From an uncultured Actinomycetes bacterium (GTDB lineage Bacteria; Actinomycetota; UBA4738; HRBIN12), in the NCBI GenBank assembly GCA_963792215.1, contig CAWBVL010000007.1, forward strand, positions 855,710 to 919,709: 64,000 bases of DNA, in the 5' to 3' direction. A program made the position numbers and the translations under genes. The notes under the pieces were generated by a model. That model made no database searches. It was given only the letters and a program-made list of their open reading frames with translations, and had not been told where the DNA came from. This document shows, piece by piece, positions 8,083 to 16,991 of the stretch. Positions within the stretch are counted from its first letter, which is position 1, and every line of letters begins with the position of its first letter.

Positions 8083-9531
8083 GTGTCCGTCGTGGCCACG
8101 GACCGCAGGGATCCCCGGGTGGACCAGCTGTCGGTTCGCGCGTTGGCGATCGGGGTCGGGGCTGCCCTGTGCGGCGCGATCCTTGTGGCCCTGACCAGGG
8201 AACTTGGCCCAGGCGCGGGGGTCGCGATCCTGATGCTGGCGGTCACGATCTCGGCCGTCAGCGGCGGCATCTGGGCCGGGATCATCACGGCGCTGCTCTC
8301 CTCGGTCGCGCTGCCCTGGATCGAGCAGCCCGGCGTGGGGTTCCAGTTCGAGCAACTCCGCGACGTGATCGCGGCGGTGGTCTTCTTGGCGATCGCCGCG
8401 GTGGTCGGACTGGTCGTCGGCAACGCCGCGGCGGAGCGCCGGCGGGCGACGGAGCGCGAGCGGGAGGCCCGGTTGCTGGCGCTGTTGTCAACCAAGCTGC
8501 TGACTGGCGACGTCCCCGACCGGGTGCTCGACGAGTTCGTCGCGCTGTTGCTCGATCCGTTCAACCTCGCGATGTGCAGCGTGCAGGTAGTGCTCGACGG
8601 TCATGAGATGAGCGCGATCGCGACGCGCGAAGGCGTCGAGCTCGGTGGGCCGAGCGAGATCCTCCCGGTGGTGATCGCGTCGGTGCCGCTCGGCACGCTG
8701 ACCACGGAGCGCCCGGCCCGCGCCCGATCGTTCACCCGCAGGGAACGAGAGCTGCTCGAGGCGGCGACCCGGCAGGCGGCGGTCGCGTTGGACCGCGCGC
8801 GACTCGACGCCCGCGCGCGACTCGCACAGCTCGACGCCGAGACCAACGAGCTGCGCGCCGCGATGTTCTCCTCGGTGACCCACGACCTGCGGACCCCGCT
8901 CGCGTCGATCAAAGCGGGCGTCACGAGCCTGCTCGACACGACCACGGTCCACGACCCGACCCAGCAACACGAGCTGCTCGTCACCATCCTCGAGGAGACC
9001 GACCGGCTGAACCGGCTGGTCGGCAACATCCTCGACCTCGCCCGGATCCGGGCCGGCGCGTTGATCCCGCGCCGGGTTCGGACCGACGTGCAGGAGGTCG
9101 CCGAGGCCGTGCTCGCGCGGATGCGGCCGCAGCTCGAGCGTGTGCGCGTCGAGCTGGCGGTGCCCGACGACCTCCCAGAGATCGCCGCGGACCCGATGCA
9201 GCTCGATCAGGTCCTGACCAACCTCGTCGAGAACGCCGCCCGCCATTCGCCACCCGGCGGGGCGATCCTGATCCACGTATCGCGCGAGGACGCAGCGGTG
9301 CGCGTGCGCGTGAGCGACGAGGGTCCGGGGATCCCGCTCACGCAGCGCGAGAAGGTGTTCGAGCCCTTCTATCGTGGCCAGGAGGAGCCGGAGCGCCCCG
9401 GCAGCGGGCTCGGGCTGTCGATCGCGCGGGCCGTGGTGGTCGCGCACGGCGGCCGGATCTGGGTCGAGGAGACCGCCGGTGGCGGCACGGCGATGGTCCT
9501 GGACCTGCCGATCGAGGAGGCAGCGGCGTGA
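8083..9531 (+). CDS. KdpD-like sensor histidine kinase (TM–GAF–HisKA–HATPase) lacking the KdpD N-terminal domains
   Basis: TM segments 'ALAIGVGAALCGAILVAL…VAILMLAVTISAVSGGIWAGIITALLSSVALPW…VIAAVVFLAIAAVVGLVVG', H-box 'FSSVTHDLRTPLASIKAGV', 'GSGLGLSIARAVVVAHGGRIW'. Third paralog in the window. Confidence 0.8.
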   Translation: MSVVATDRRDPRVDQLSVRALAIGVGAALCGAILVALTRELGPGAGVAILMLAVTISAVSGGIWAGIITALLSSVALPWIEQPGVGFQFEQLRDVIAAVVFLAIAAVVGLVVGNAAAERRRATEREREARLLALLSTKLLTGDVPDRVLDEFVALLLDPFNLAMCSVQVVLDGHEMSAIATREGVELGGPSEILPVVIASVPLGTLTTERPARARSFTRRERELLEAATRQAAVALDRARLDARARLAQLDAETNELRAAMFSSVTHDLRTPLASIKAGVTSLLDTTTVHDPTQQHELLVTILEETDRLNRLVGNILDLARIRAGALIPRRVRTDVQEVAEAVLARMRPQLERVRVELAVPDDLPEIAADPMQLDQVLTNLVENAARHSPPGGAILIHVSREDAAVRVRVSDEGPGIPLTQREKVFEPFYRGQEEPERPGSGLGLSIARAVVVAHGGRIWVEETAGGGTAMVLDLPIEEAAA

Positions 9532-10211
9532 AGGTGCTGGTGGTCGATGACGAACCACAGATCCGTCGCGCGCTCCGCACGAGCCTCGAGGCGCACGGGT
9601 ACACCGTCGAGACGGTGGGCACCGGCGACGAGGGAGTGGTCGCCGCCGCGAGTCAGCACCCAGAGCTGATCCTGCTCGACCTCGGGCTGCCCGACATGGA
9701 CGGCACCGAGGTGATCACCCGCGTCCGCGCCTTCTCGGAGGTCCCGATCATCGTGCTGTCGGTTCGCGAAAGCCAGAGCGACAAGGTGGCCGCCCTCGAC
9801 GCCGGCGCCGACGACTACGTGACCAAGCCGTTCGGGATGGAGGAGCTGCTCGCGCGTTCCCGAGCCGCGTTGCGGCGCAAAGGCTCCGGTGAACCGGACG
9901 CGCCGGTCCTCACCTTCAACAGCTTGCAGGTCGACCTGGCCAAGCAGCTCGTGACGATCGACGGCGAACAGGTCCACCTGACCCCGACGGAGTACGGGCT
10001 GCTCGAGGTGCTCGTTACGAACCCCGGCAAGCTCCTCACCCACCAATGGTTGTTGCGACGGGTGTGGGGCCAGGGCTACGGCACCGAAACGACGTACCTG
10101 CGCACCTACGTCCGGGCGCTCCGGCGAAAGCTCGGCGACGACGCCGCGGCGCCCGCGTTGATCGTCACCGAGCCGGGCGTCGGATATCGCTGGGTCGCTG
10201 ACACGACATGA
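9528..10211 (+). CDS. OmpR/KdpE-family response regulator
   Basis: 'KVLVVDDEPQIRRALR…LILLDLGLPDMDG…LSVRESQSDKVAALDAGADDYVTKPF…YVRALRRKLGDD…IVTEPGVGYRW'. GTGA overlap with the kinase. Confidence 0.85.
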   Translation: MKVLVVDDEPQIRRALRTSLEAHGYTVETVGTGDEGVVAAASQHPELILLDLGLPDMDGTEVITRVRAFSEVPIIVLSVRESQSDKVAALDAGADDYVTKPFGMEELLARSRAALRRKGSGEPDAPVLTFNSLQVDLAKQLVTIDGEQVHLTPTEYGLLEVLVTNPGKLLTHQWLLRRVWGQGYGTETTYLRTYVRALRRKLGDDAAAPALIVTEPGVGYRWVADTT

Positions 10212-10251
10212 CGTACGGGTCGGGCGTGCTCGGCCGTAGCATCGGGGGCTG

Positions 10252-12588
10252 ATGGGCTCCCAACCGAAAGCGTCGACCGGCTCGGTCGCCAAGCGTGTCC
10301 TCGTCGGCCGCGCGTTCTCGAGCCAACACCTCGAGCACACCTTGCTGCCGAAGATCCTCGCGCTGCCGGTGTTCGCCTCCGACGCGCTGTCCTCGGTGGC
10401 CTACGCGACCGGCGAGATCTTGATCGCGCTCACGCTCGCGACCACCGACCCGGCGAAGTACGTGATGCCGATCTCGTTCGCCATCGCGGCGCTGATGGCG
10501 ATCGTCGTGAGCTCGTACCGCCAGACGGTGCGCGCGTATCCGAGCGGCGGCGGTGCCTACATCGTCAGCAAGGAGAACCTCGGCACGTTCGCCGGGCTCG
10601 TGGCGGCGGCCGCGCTGCTGTTCGACTACATGATGACGGTGATCGTCTCGATCGTGGCCGGCGTGTTCGCCATCGGGTCGGCGTTCCCGTGGGCCAACGA
10701 GCACAAGGTGATCCTGTCGATCATGTTCGTTGCCCTCGTGACGATCGCGAACCTCCGCGGCGCCCGTGAGTCGGGCACGCTGTTCGCGATCCCCACCTAT
10801 GGGTTCGTCGTGTCGATCCTGATCCTGATCGCGGTCGGGGCGGTTCGGTGCGTCGGCGGCTGCCCCGCCGTCGCGCCGCCGAGTCCGCAGATCGCGGCGC
10901 CGGCGGCCGTGGCCGGCATCACGATCTTCGCGTTGCTGAAGGCGTTCTCGCAGGGCGCGACCGCGCTCACGGGGGTCGAGGCGATCTCGAACGGCGTGCC
11001 CGCGTTCAAACGGCCGCAAGCGAAGAACGCCGCCGCGACGCTCGCGATCATGGGGACGATCGCGGTGACGATGTTCCTCGGGATCTCCTATCTGGCGACG
11101 CACGTGCCGGGCCTGGTCGCGAGCGAGGACCGGTCGGCGGTCGCGCAGGTCGCGGTCGCGATCTTCGGGAACAACACGTTCGGGTTCTTCATCGTGCAAG
11201 CGTTCACCGCCGCGATCCTGATCCTCGCTGCGAACACCGCGTACCAGGACTTCCCCCGGCTCGCGTCGATCCTCGGCCGGGACCGATTCATGCCCAGCCA
11301 ATTCGTGAACCGTGGCGACCGGCTGGTGTTCTCCAACGGCGTCGTGGTCCTCGGCCTGCTGTCGTCGCTGATGATCTACATCTTCAAAGCCGACCTGAAC
11401 ACCTTGATCCACTTCTACGTCGTGGGCGTGTTCACGTCGTTCACGTTGTCGCAGAGCGGGATGGTGAAGCACTGGATCGCCGAGGGCCGCAAGGGCGAGA
11501 ACGCGATGAAGGGCTGGCGCCGCTCGATCGTGATCAACATCATCGGCGCGATCACGACCTTCGTGGTGTTGATCGTCGTGATCTTTTCGAAGTTCAAGGA
11601 CGGTGCGTGGCTCTCGATCCTGATCATGGCGCTGCTCGTGCCGCTGTTCTACGCGATCCATCGCCACTACACGTGGGTGCGCGCGGCGGTGCACCGTGGG
11701 ACCGAACGCGTCGGCGTCATCGGCCAGACGCACGTCGTGTTGCTGGTGCGCCAGGTAGACGCGTCGGTCGCCGAGGCCCTCGGATACATCCGATCGTTCC
11801 ACCCGCGGTCGCTGCGGGTGCTCACGCCGATGTCGTCGGTGCCGGACGAGCTCGCGACGGGGTGGGCGGAGCTCGCCGGCGCCGGGGCGCCGCCGCTCGA
11901 GGCGGCCGGGCACGGGAGCATGACCGCAAGCGTTCGCCGCGCGGTCGCGCAGATGGATGTCGCGCCGCACGACATCGTGAACCTCGTCGTCCCGGAGCTC
12001 GTCGGGTCGGGGCTTCCCGCGTACGTGCTGCGGCGCTCCGACCTGGTGCGGCTCAAGGCCTCGCTGCTCCGAACGCCCCACGTGGTCGTCACCGACGTGC
12101 CCGTCGTGATGACCCATGAAGGTGTGCGCGGGGTCGACGGGAAGCCCTTGATCCCCCATCGGACGGTCGCGCTGGTCTTCTTGTCCACCGTGAACGACCT
12201 GACGATCCGCGCGGTCAACTACGCGAAGTCGCTCGACGCGACGATCACCCGGGCGATCTACTTCGATCTCGACCCCGAGGCCGCGCACCGGCTCGAGACC
12301 GCATGGTTCGACGCCGGGCTCGAGGTCCCGTTGGACATCGTCGAGGCGCCGTTCCGCGACCTGACCGGGCCGATGCTCGAGGAGGTGCGGCGCTACTCGT
12401 CGGATCCGGGCACCGTGGTCAACGTGATCGTGCCCGAGGTGATCGTGAACCACTGGTGGCAGCTGCCGCTGCACAACCAGAACGCGTTGTTCATCAAGCG
12501 GCTGTTCCTCTATGAGGACCGGGTAGTCCTGTCGAGCGTCCCGATGCTCGTGTCGGGCACGCCGACCAGCGAAACGGAGACCGTCTGA
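10252..12588 (+). CDS. KimA-like K+ transporter (APC superfamily plus cytoplasmic C-terminal domain), second paralog
   Basis: 'FASDALSSVAYATGEILIAL', 'SSYRQTVRAYPSGGGAYIVSKENLG', 'LLFDYMMTVIVSIVAG', 'LTGVEAISNGVPAFKRP'. Starts 40 nt downstream of the RR, same strand. Confidence 0.8.
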   Translation: MGSQPKASTGSVAKRVLVGRAFSSQHLEHTLLPKILALPVFASDALSSVAYATGEILIALTLATTDPAKYVMPISFAIAALMAIVVSSYRQTVRAYPSGGGAYIVSKENLGTFAGLVAAAALLFDYMMTVIVSIVAGVFAIGSAFPWANEHKVILSIMFVALVTIANLRGARESGTLFAIPTYGFVVSILILIAVGAVRCVGGCPAVAPPSPQIAAPAAVAGITIFALLKAFSQGATALTGVEAISNGVPAFKRPQAKNAAATLAIMGTIAVTMFLGISYLATHVPGLVASEDRSAVAQVAVAIFGNNTFGFFIVQAFTAAILILAANTAYQDFPRLASILGRDRFMPSQFVNRGDRLVFSNGVVVLGLLSSLMIYIFKADLNTLIHFYVVGVFTSFTLSQSGMVKHWIAEGRKGENAMKGWRRSIVINIIGAITTFVVLIVVIFSKFKDGAWLSILIMALLVPLFYAIHRHYTWVRAAVHRGTERVGVIGQTHVVLLVRQVDASVAEALGYIRSFHPRSLRVLTPMSSVPDELATGWAELAGAGAPPLEAAGHGSMTASVRRAVAQMDVAPHDIVNLVVPELVGSGLPAYVLRRSDLVRLKASLLRTPHVVVTDVPVVMTHEGVRGVDGKPLIPHRTVALVFLSTVNDLTIRAVNYAKSLDATITRAIYFDLDPEAAHRLETAWFDAGLEVPLDIVEAPFRDLTGPMLEEVRRYSSDPGTVVNVIVPEVIVNHWWQLPLHNQNALFIKRLFLYEDRVVLSSVPMLVSGTPTSETETV

Positions 12589-12614
12589 GGGGTGGGAGGC
12601 GCTAGCATCGAGCC

Positions 12615-13103
12615 ATGAACATCCGCCCCGTCACGTCCGAGGACCTGCCGTTCCTCCGCAAGATGATGTACGAGGCCGCCCGGTGGAACCCGGACTGGCC
12701 GCGCGAGCCGATGGAAGAGGTGCTCGCCGAGCCGATCCTCCTGCGGTACAGCCAGGGCTGGGGGCGCAACGGCGACGGCGGCGTGATCGCCGAGATCGAG
12801 GGCGAGCCGGTCGGCGCGGCGTGGTACCGGCTGTTCACCGAGGACACGCCTGGCTACGGGTTCGTCGATGAGAAGACCCCGGAGCTGTCGATCGCGGTGG
12901 TGCCGCTGCACCGGCGCAAAGGGATCGGCGAGACCGTGCTGCGCGCGTGCATGGTGCAGGCGCGTGAGGAAGGGTTCCAGGCGTTGTCGCTGTCGGTGGC
13001 CGTGCACAACCGGTCGCGGATGATGTACCAGCGCGCGGGCTTCGAGAAGGTGTCGGAGTCCGGTGACGGCGGCGACCACTGGACGATGGTCGCCAACCTC
13101 TAA
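12615..13103 (+). CDS. GNAT-family N-acetyltransferase
   Basis: Acetyl-CoA binding motif 'VVPLHRRKGIGETVLRACMVQAREEGFQALSLSV…N…SRMMYQRAGF'. Confidence 0.7.
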   Translation: MNIRPVTSEDLPFLRKMMYEAARWNPDWPREPMEEVLAEPILLRYSQGWGRNGDGGVIAEIEGEPVGAAWYRLFTEDTPGYGFVDEKTPELSIAVVPLHRRKGIGETVLRACMVQAREEGFQALSLSVAVHNRSRMMYQRAGFEKVSESGDGGDHWTMVANL

Positions 13104-13106
13104 CCT

Positions 13107-13613
13107 CTAGCCGGCGGCGGTCTCGTCAGTCGTTAGGTCGTACTCGAACATCACCTGACGTCGGCCGTCCCAGCGTCCTCCCGTGGTGCGGTACAGCTGC
13201 ATCGCAGGCTCGTTGTCCTCGTCCGTGAGGACCCAGATCGCCATGCACCCGCGTTCCCGCGCGAGGGCGGTCAACTCCTCGATCAGTGCCCGGGCGACGC
13301 CGTGGCGGCGCGCCTCGTCGCCGACGCCGATCTCGTTCAAGAACAGCTCCGGCTCCTTGTCGGGATGGAAGACCTCGGTCGCAGTGACGAACCCGGCCGG
13401 ACGCCCGTCGAGGTAGCCGAGCAGCAGGTGGTGTCGGTCGTCGCCGAGGAATCGCACGAGGTCGGACGGCCGGATCGGCTCGTCGAACACCGAGGCGAAC
13501 CCGCTCACCTCGTCGGGTGACGCCTCGTTCGCTCGTGCCACCGAGACGGCCGATCGCTGGCCCATACGCCCTGAGCCTAGCGACGCATCGGCACCATCGG
13601 ACGCCGGATCCAC
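13107..13613 (-). CDS. GNAT-family N-acetyltransferase
   Basis: 'IGVGDEARRHGVARALIEELTALARERGCMAIWVLTDEDNEPAMQLYRTTG'. Start may be the internal Met ('MGQRSA'). Confidence 0.65.
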   Translation of the reverse strand: MDPASDGADASLGSGRMGQRSAVSVARANEASPDEVSGFASVFDEPIRPSDLVRFLGDDRHHLLLGYLDGRPAGFVTATEVFHPDKEPELFLNEIGVGDEARRHGVARALIEELTALARERGCMAIWVLTDEDNEPAMQLYRTTGGRWDGRRQVMFEYDLTTDETAAG

Positions 13614-13623
13614 ACCTTGGGTC

Positions 13624-14300
13624 TCAGTCCAGACGGTTGTGCTCGGCCTCGGTCTTGCCTTCGATCAGCGCAGCTGCCGCCCGTCGGCGGGACCAGATCC
13701 ACCACGCGATCGCCCCCACCAACGCGATGGCGGCCGCGATCGAGACCGGGAGGAAGTACTGCTCGAGGGTGTCCCACTGGGCCCCGAGGGCTCTGCCCGC
13801 CAGCGCGAGGCCGAGGCACCACGGGATCACGCCGAGGAGGGTGAACAGGGTGAAGCGGCGGAGATCCATGCGGGCCACGCCCGCGGGGAGGCTCACGAAC
13901 GCCCGGATCAGGGGCACGAGGCGGCCGAGGAATACGACGGCCTCGCCGCGGCGTTCGAACCAGGCATGCGCCCGGTCCACCTCGTGGGGGCGCAACAAGA
14001 GGTATCGGCCCCACCGGTCGATCGCGGGGCGGCCACCCCAGGCTCCCAGGGCATAGGCGAGCCAGGACCCGACCATGCTCCCGACGATCCCCCAGATGAC
14101 CACCCACGGGACCGAGAGGGCCGCGTCGGGGGAGCCGAGAACGCTTGCGGCGAAAGCGGGAGCGCACAGGGCGCCCGCGAAGGCCATCACCACCTCGGAG
14201 GGGATGGGTACGCAGATCGAACCGAGCAACATCAAGAGGAAGACCGCTAGGTAGCCGTTGTCGGCGACCAGCCGTTGGATCGTGTCGGTGAAGACGGCGA
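13624..14300 (-). CDS. DedA/SNARE-associated (TVP38/TMEM64) family membrane protein
   Basis: 'YLAVFLLMLLGSICVPIPSEVVMAFAG…VVFLGRLVPLIRAFVSLPAGVARMDLRRFTLFTLLGVIPW'. The 5' end is uncertain: the ORF's first ATG abuts the divergent topA start, and no clean in-frame ATG/GTG lies just upstream of the conserved core, so a non-canonical start is likely. Confidence 0.6.
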
Positions 14301-14453
14301 GCAGGGGGGAACCTCCCTCGTGACCAGCGGGAACGCTGTGAGCGTACCAATGGGGGTGGATGCAAAGGTCACGGTTCTGTGCTGAGGCGGTGGTACCGTC
14401 CGCCACCGGGAGCCCTCCGACCGAAGGGGTTTCCAGAAAGAGGAACAGCAAGC

Positions 14454-16985
14454 ATGCCGAAGACGTTGGTCGTGGTCGAGTCGCCCGCCAAGGCGAAGAC
14501 CATCGAGCGCTACCTGGGGCCGGACTACCTGGTCCGGGCCTCGTACGGCCATATCCGCGACCTGCCCAAGTCCAAGCTCGGGGTGGACCCGGAGCACGAC
14601 TTCCAGGTCGAGTACGAAGTGCCCGAGCGCTCGAAGGAGCACGTCGCCGTCCTGAAGCGGGCGATGAAGTCCGCCGGCGGCCTGGTCCTAGCCACCGACT
14701 TCGATCGCGAGGGCGAAGCGATCGCGATGCACGTCGCGACGCTCCTCGGTGAGGACGCCAAGCAGGCCGACCGGGTCACCTTCACCGAGATCACCCGCGA
14801 CGCGATCCTCGAGGCCTTCGCCCACCCACGCCGGATCGATGGCAACCTGACCGACGCCCAGGAGGCGCGGCGGATCCTCGACCGGCTGGTCGGCTACAAG
14901 ATCTCTCCTCTCTTGTGGAAGCGCGTGCAGCCGGGCCTGTCCGCCGGGCGCGTCCAGTCGGTCGCGGTGCGGCTGATCGTCGAGCGTGAGCGCGAGATCG
15001 ATGCGTTCGTACCGGTCGAGTACTGGAGCATCGACGTCCGGCTCACGCCGGAGGACCCGGAGTCGCCGTTCGTCGCCCGGTTGGTCCAGGTGCCGGACGG
15101 CAAGCTCGCGACGAGCCCCGACAAGAAGGGCCTCGTCCTCGGCGCGCAGGGCGACGCCGACACGCATGCCGCCGCCCTCCGCGACGCCCGCTACCGCGTC
15201 ACCGCGGTCGAGAAGAAGCAGCGCAAGCGCTCGCCGTCGCCACCGTTCACGACCTCGACCCTGCAGCAGGAGGCCGCGCGCAAGCTCGGGTTCGGCGCGC
15301 GCCGAACGATGCAGATCGCGCAGCGCCTGTACGAAGGCATCGACCTGCCCGGCGAGGGCTCGGTCGGCCTGATCACCTACATGCGTACCGACTCGGTGAC
15401 GATCGCCGACTCGGCGCTCCGCGAGATCGCCGAACTGGTCAGGTCCGAGTACGGCGAGTCGTACACGATCGCCGAGGCGCGGCGCTACAAGACCCGCAGC
15501 CGTAACGCCCAGGAAGCGCACGAAGCGATCCGCCCGACGAGCGCGATGCGCACACCCGGGCGTCTCGGGACCGTGCTCGACCGCGACCAGCTCCGCCTCT
15601 ACACCTTGATCTGGCAGCGCACGGTCGCCACACAGATGGCCGAGGCGAGGTTCGACCAGGTCGGCGTCGACATCGAGGCCACAGCCGGCGCGTCCACCTA
15701 CGGGCTTCGCGCCACCGGCCAGACGCTCGTTTTCGACGGGTTCCTCAAGCTCTACCGCGAGGGCCGCGACGACGAGAAGGTCGACGAGGACGCCGAGTCG
15801 AACCTGCCCGAGCTCACCGCCGAGCAGGCGCTCCGGATGCTCGAGGTCCTGCCCGAGCAGCACTTCACGCAGCCGCCGCCGCGGTACTCCGAGGCGTCGC
15901 TTGTGAAGAAGCTCGAGGAGGAGGGCATCGGCCGGCCCTCGACGTACGCGTCGATCATCTCGACGGTCCAGGATCGCGGCTACGTGCGTCTGGAGGATCG
16001 CCGGTTCAAGCCCGAGGACGTCGGCTACGTCGTCACCGACAAGCTGATCGAGCACTTCCCCGACGTCGTCGATGTCAACTTCACCCGCTACATGGAGAAG
16101 GAGCTCGACGACATCGCCGAGGGCCAACTGGGCAAGGTCCAGATGCTCCATGAGTTCAACGCGCCGTTCGAGCGGGCGCTCGAGAAGGCCGAGGACTCCT
16201 TCGAGCGATATCAAGAAGACCTCGACGAGCTCTGTCCGCTGTGTCCGACCGAAGGGCGTGAGCCCGGCAAGCTGCAGGTGAAGCTCGGGCGCTACGGCAA
16301 GTTCATCGGCTGCCCGAACTACCCGGAGTGCCGCTACATCCGCAACATGGACGGAAGCGAGCGCCCCGAGCCCGAGATGCTCGACGAGAAGTGCCCGGAC
16401 TGCGGACGCCAGCTGCAGCGCCGGGTCGGGCGCTACGGCCCGTTCATCGGATGCAGCGGCTACCCCGACTGCCGGTACATCAAGAAGGACCCGCCGCGGT
16501 CGCTCGAGATCACCTGCCCGCAGTGCAACCAGGGCGAGATCGTCGAGAAGCGCACGCGGTTCGGCGTGTTCTACGGCTGCGACCGGTATCCGGAGTGCGA
16601 CTTCGCGATCAACAACGAGCCGCTGAAGGAGCCCCGCTGCCCGGTCGACGGCTCGCTCTTGGTCCAGCGCCCGAAGTCGATCCGGTGCTGGGGATGCGGC
16701 GCCGAGTTCGACCTCGACATGGTGCAGACCAAGGAGGGCGACCCCGAGGCCGAGGCCGAGGCGCGCGCCGCCAAGTCCGCAGCCCGTGCCGCTCGTGCCG
16801 CGGCGAAGGCCGCGAAGAAGAAGCCGGCCACGCGCAAGAAGGCCGCGGCGAAGAAGAAGCCGGCCGCGAAGAAGAAGACCACGACCAAGAAACGCGCGAC
16901 GGCCAAGAAGAAGGAGTCGCCGGACACCTCGCCGGCGACCGAGCCGGCCGCGGTCGCCGCGGCATCTTCCGGCGACGACGCCTAA
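14454..16985 (+). CDS. topA: DNA topoisomerase I
   Basis: Toprim 'TLVVVESPAKAKTIERYLG', catalytic region 'EGIDLPGEGSVGLITYMRTDS', C-terminal zinc-ribbon-like Cys repeats and a Lys/Ala-rich tail 'KKKPATRKKAAAKKKPAAKKKTTTKKRATAKKK'. RBS-like AGAGGAA lies upstream of the ATG at 14454. Confidence 0.95.
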   Translation: MPKTLVVVESPAKAKTIERYLGPDYLVRASYGHIRDLPKSKLGVDPEHDFQVEYEVPERSKEHVAVLKRAMKSAGGLVLATDFDREGEAIAMHVATLLGEDAKQADRVTFTEITRDAILEAFAHPRRIDGNLTDAQEARRILDRLVGYKISPLLWKRVQPGLSAGRVQSVAVRLIVEREREIDAFVPVEYWSIDVRLTPEDPESPFVARLVQVPDGKLATSPDKKGLVLGAQGDADTHAAALRDARYRVTAVEKKQRKRSPSPPFTTSTLQQEAARKLGFGARRTMQIAQRLYEGIDLPGEGSVGLITYMRTDSVTIADSALREIAELVRSEYGESYTIAEARRYKTRSRNAQEAHEAIRPTSAMRTPGRLGTVLDRDQLRLYTLIWQRTVATQMAEARFDQVGVDIEATAGASTYGLRATGQTLVFDGFLKLYREGRDDEKVDEDAESNLPELTAEQALRMLEVLPEQHFTQPPPRYSEASLVKKLEEEGIGRPSTYASIISTVQDRGYVRLEDRRFKPEDVGYVVTDKLIEHFPDVVDVNFTRYMEKELDDIAEGQLGKVQMLHEFNAPFERALEKAEDSFERYQEDLDELCPLCPTEGREPGKLQVKLGRYGKFIGCPNYPECRYIRNMDGSERPEPEMLDEKCPDCGRQLQRRVGRYGPFIGCSGYPDCRYIKKDPPRSLEITCPQCNQGEIVEKRTRFGVFYGCDRYPECDFAINNEPLKEPRCPVDGSLLVQRPKSIRCWGCGAEFDLDMVQTKEGDPEAEAEARAAKSAARAARAAAKAAKKKPATRKKAAAKKKPAAKKKTTTKKRATAKKKESPDTSPATEPAAVAAASSGDDA

Positions 16986-16991
16986 CGCCCA

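Noticed and set aside
7741-8355. N-terminal 205-codon extension of the trkA ORF (track ORF 7081..8355)
   Set aside because: The TrkA Rossmann fold starts at the Met at 7740, matching its paralog's size (219 versus 221 aa). The extension is low-complexity and would remove the divergent promoter region.
10165-12474. 769-aa minus-strand ORF
   Set aside because: Antisense to kimA2 and the regulator; His/Arg/Asp low-complexity product.
16740-16985. Repetitive AAG/GCC-rich DNA at the topA 3' end as a possible non-coding repeat
   Set aside because: It is in-frame coding sequence for the lysine/alanine-rich C-terminal tail characteristic of actinobacterial TopA.
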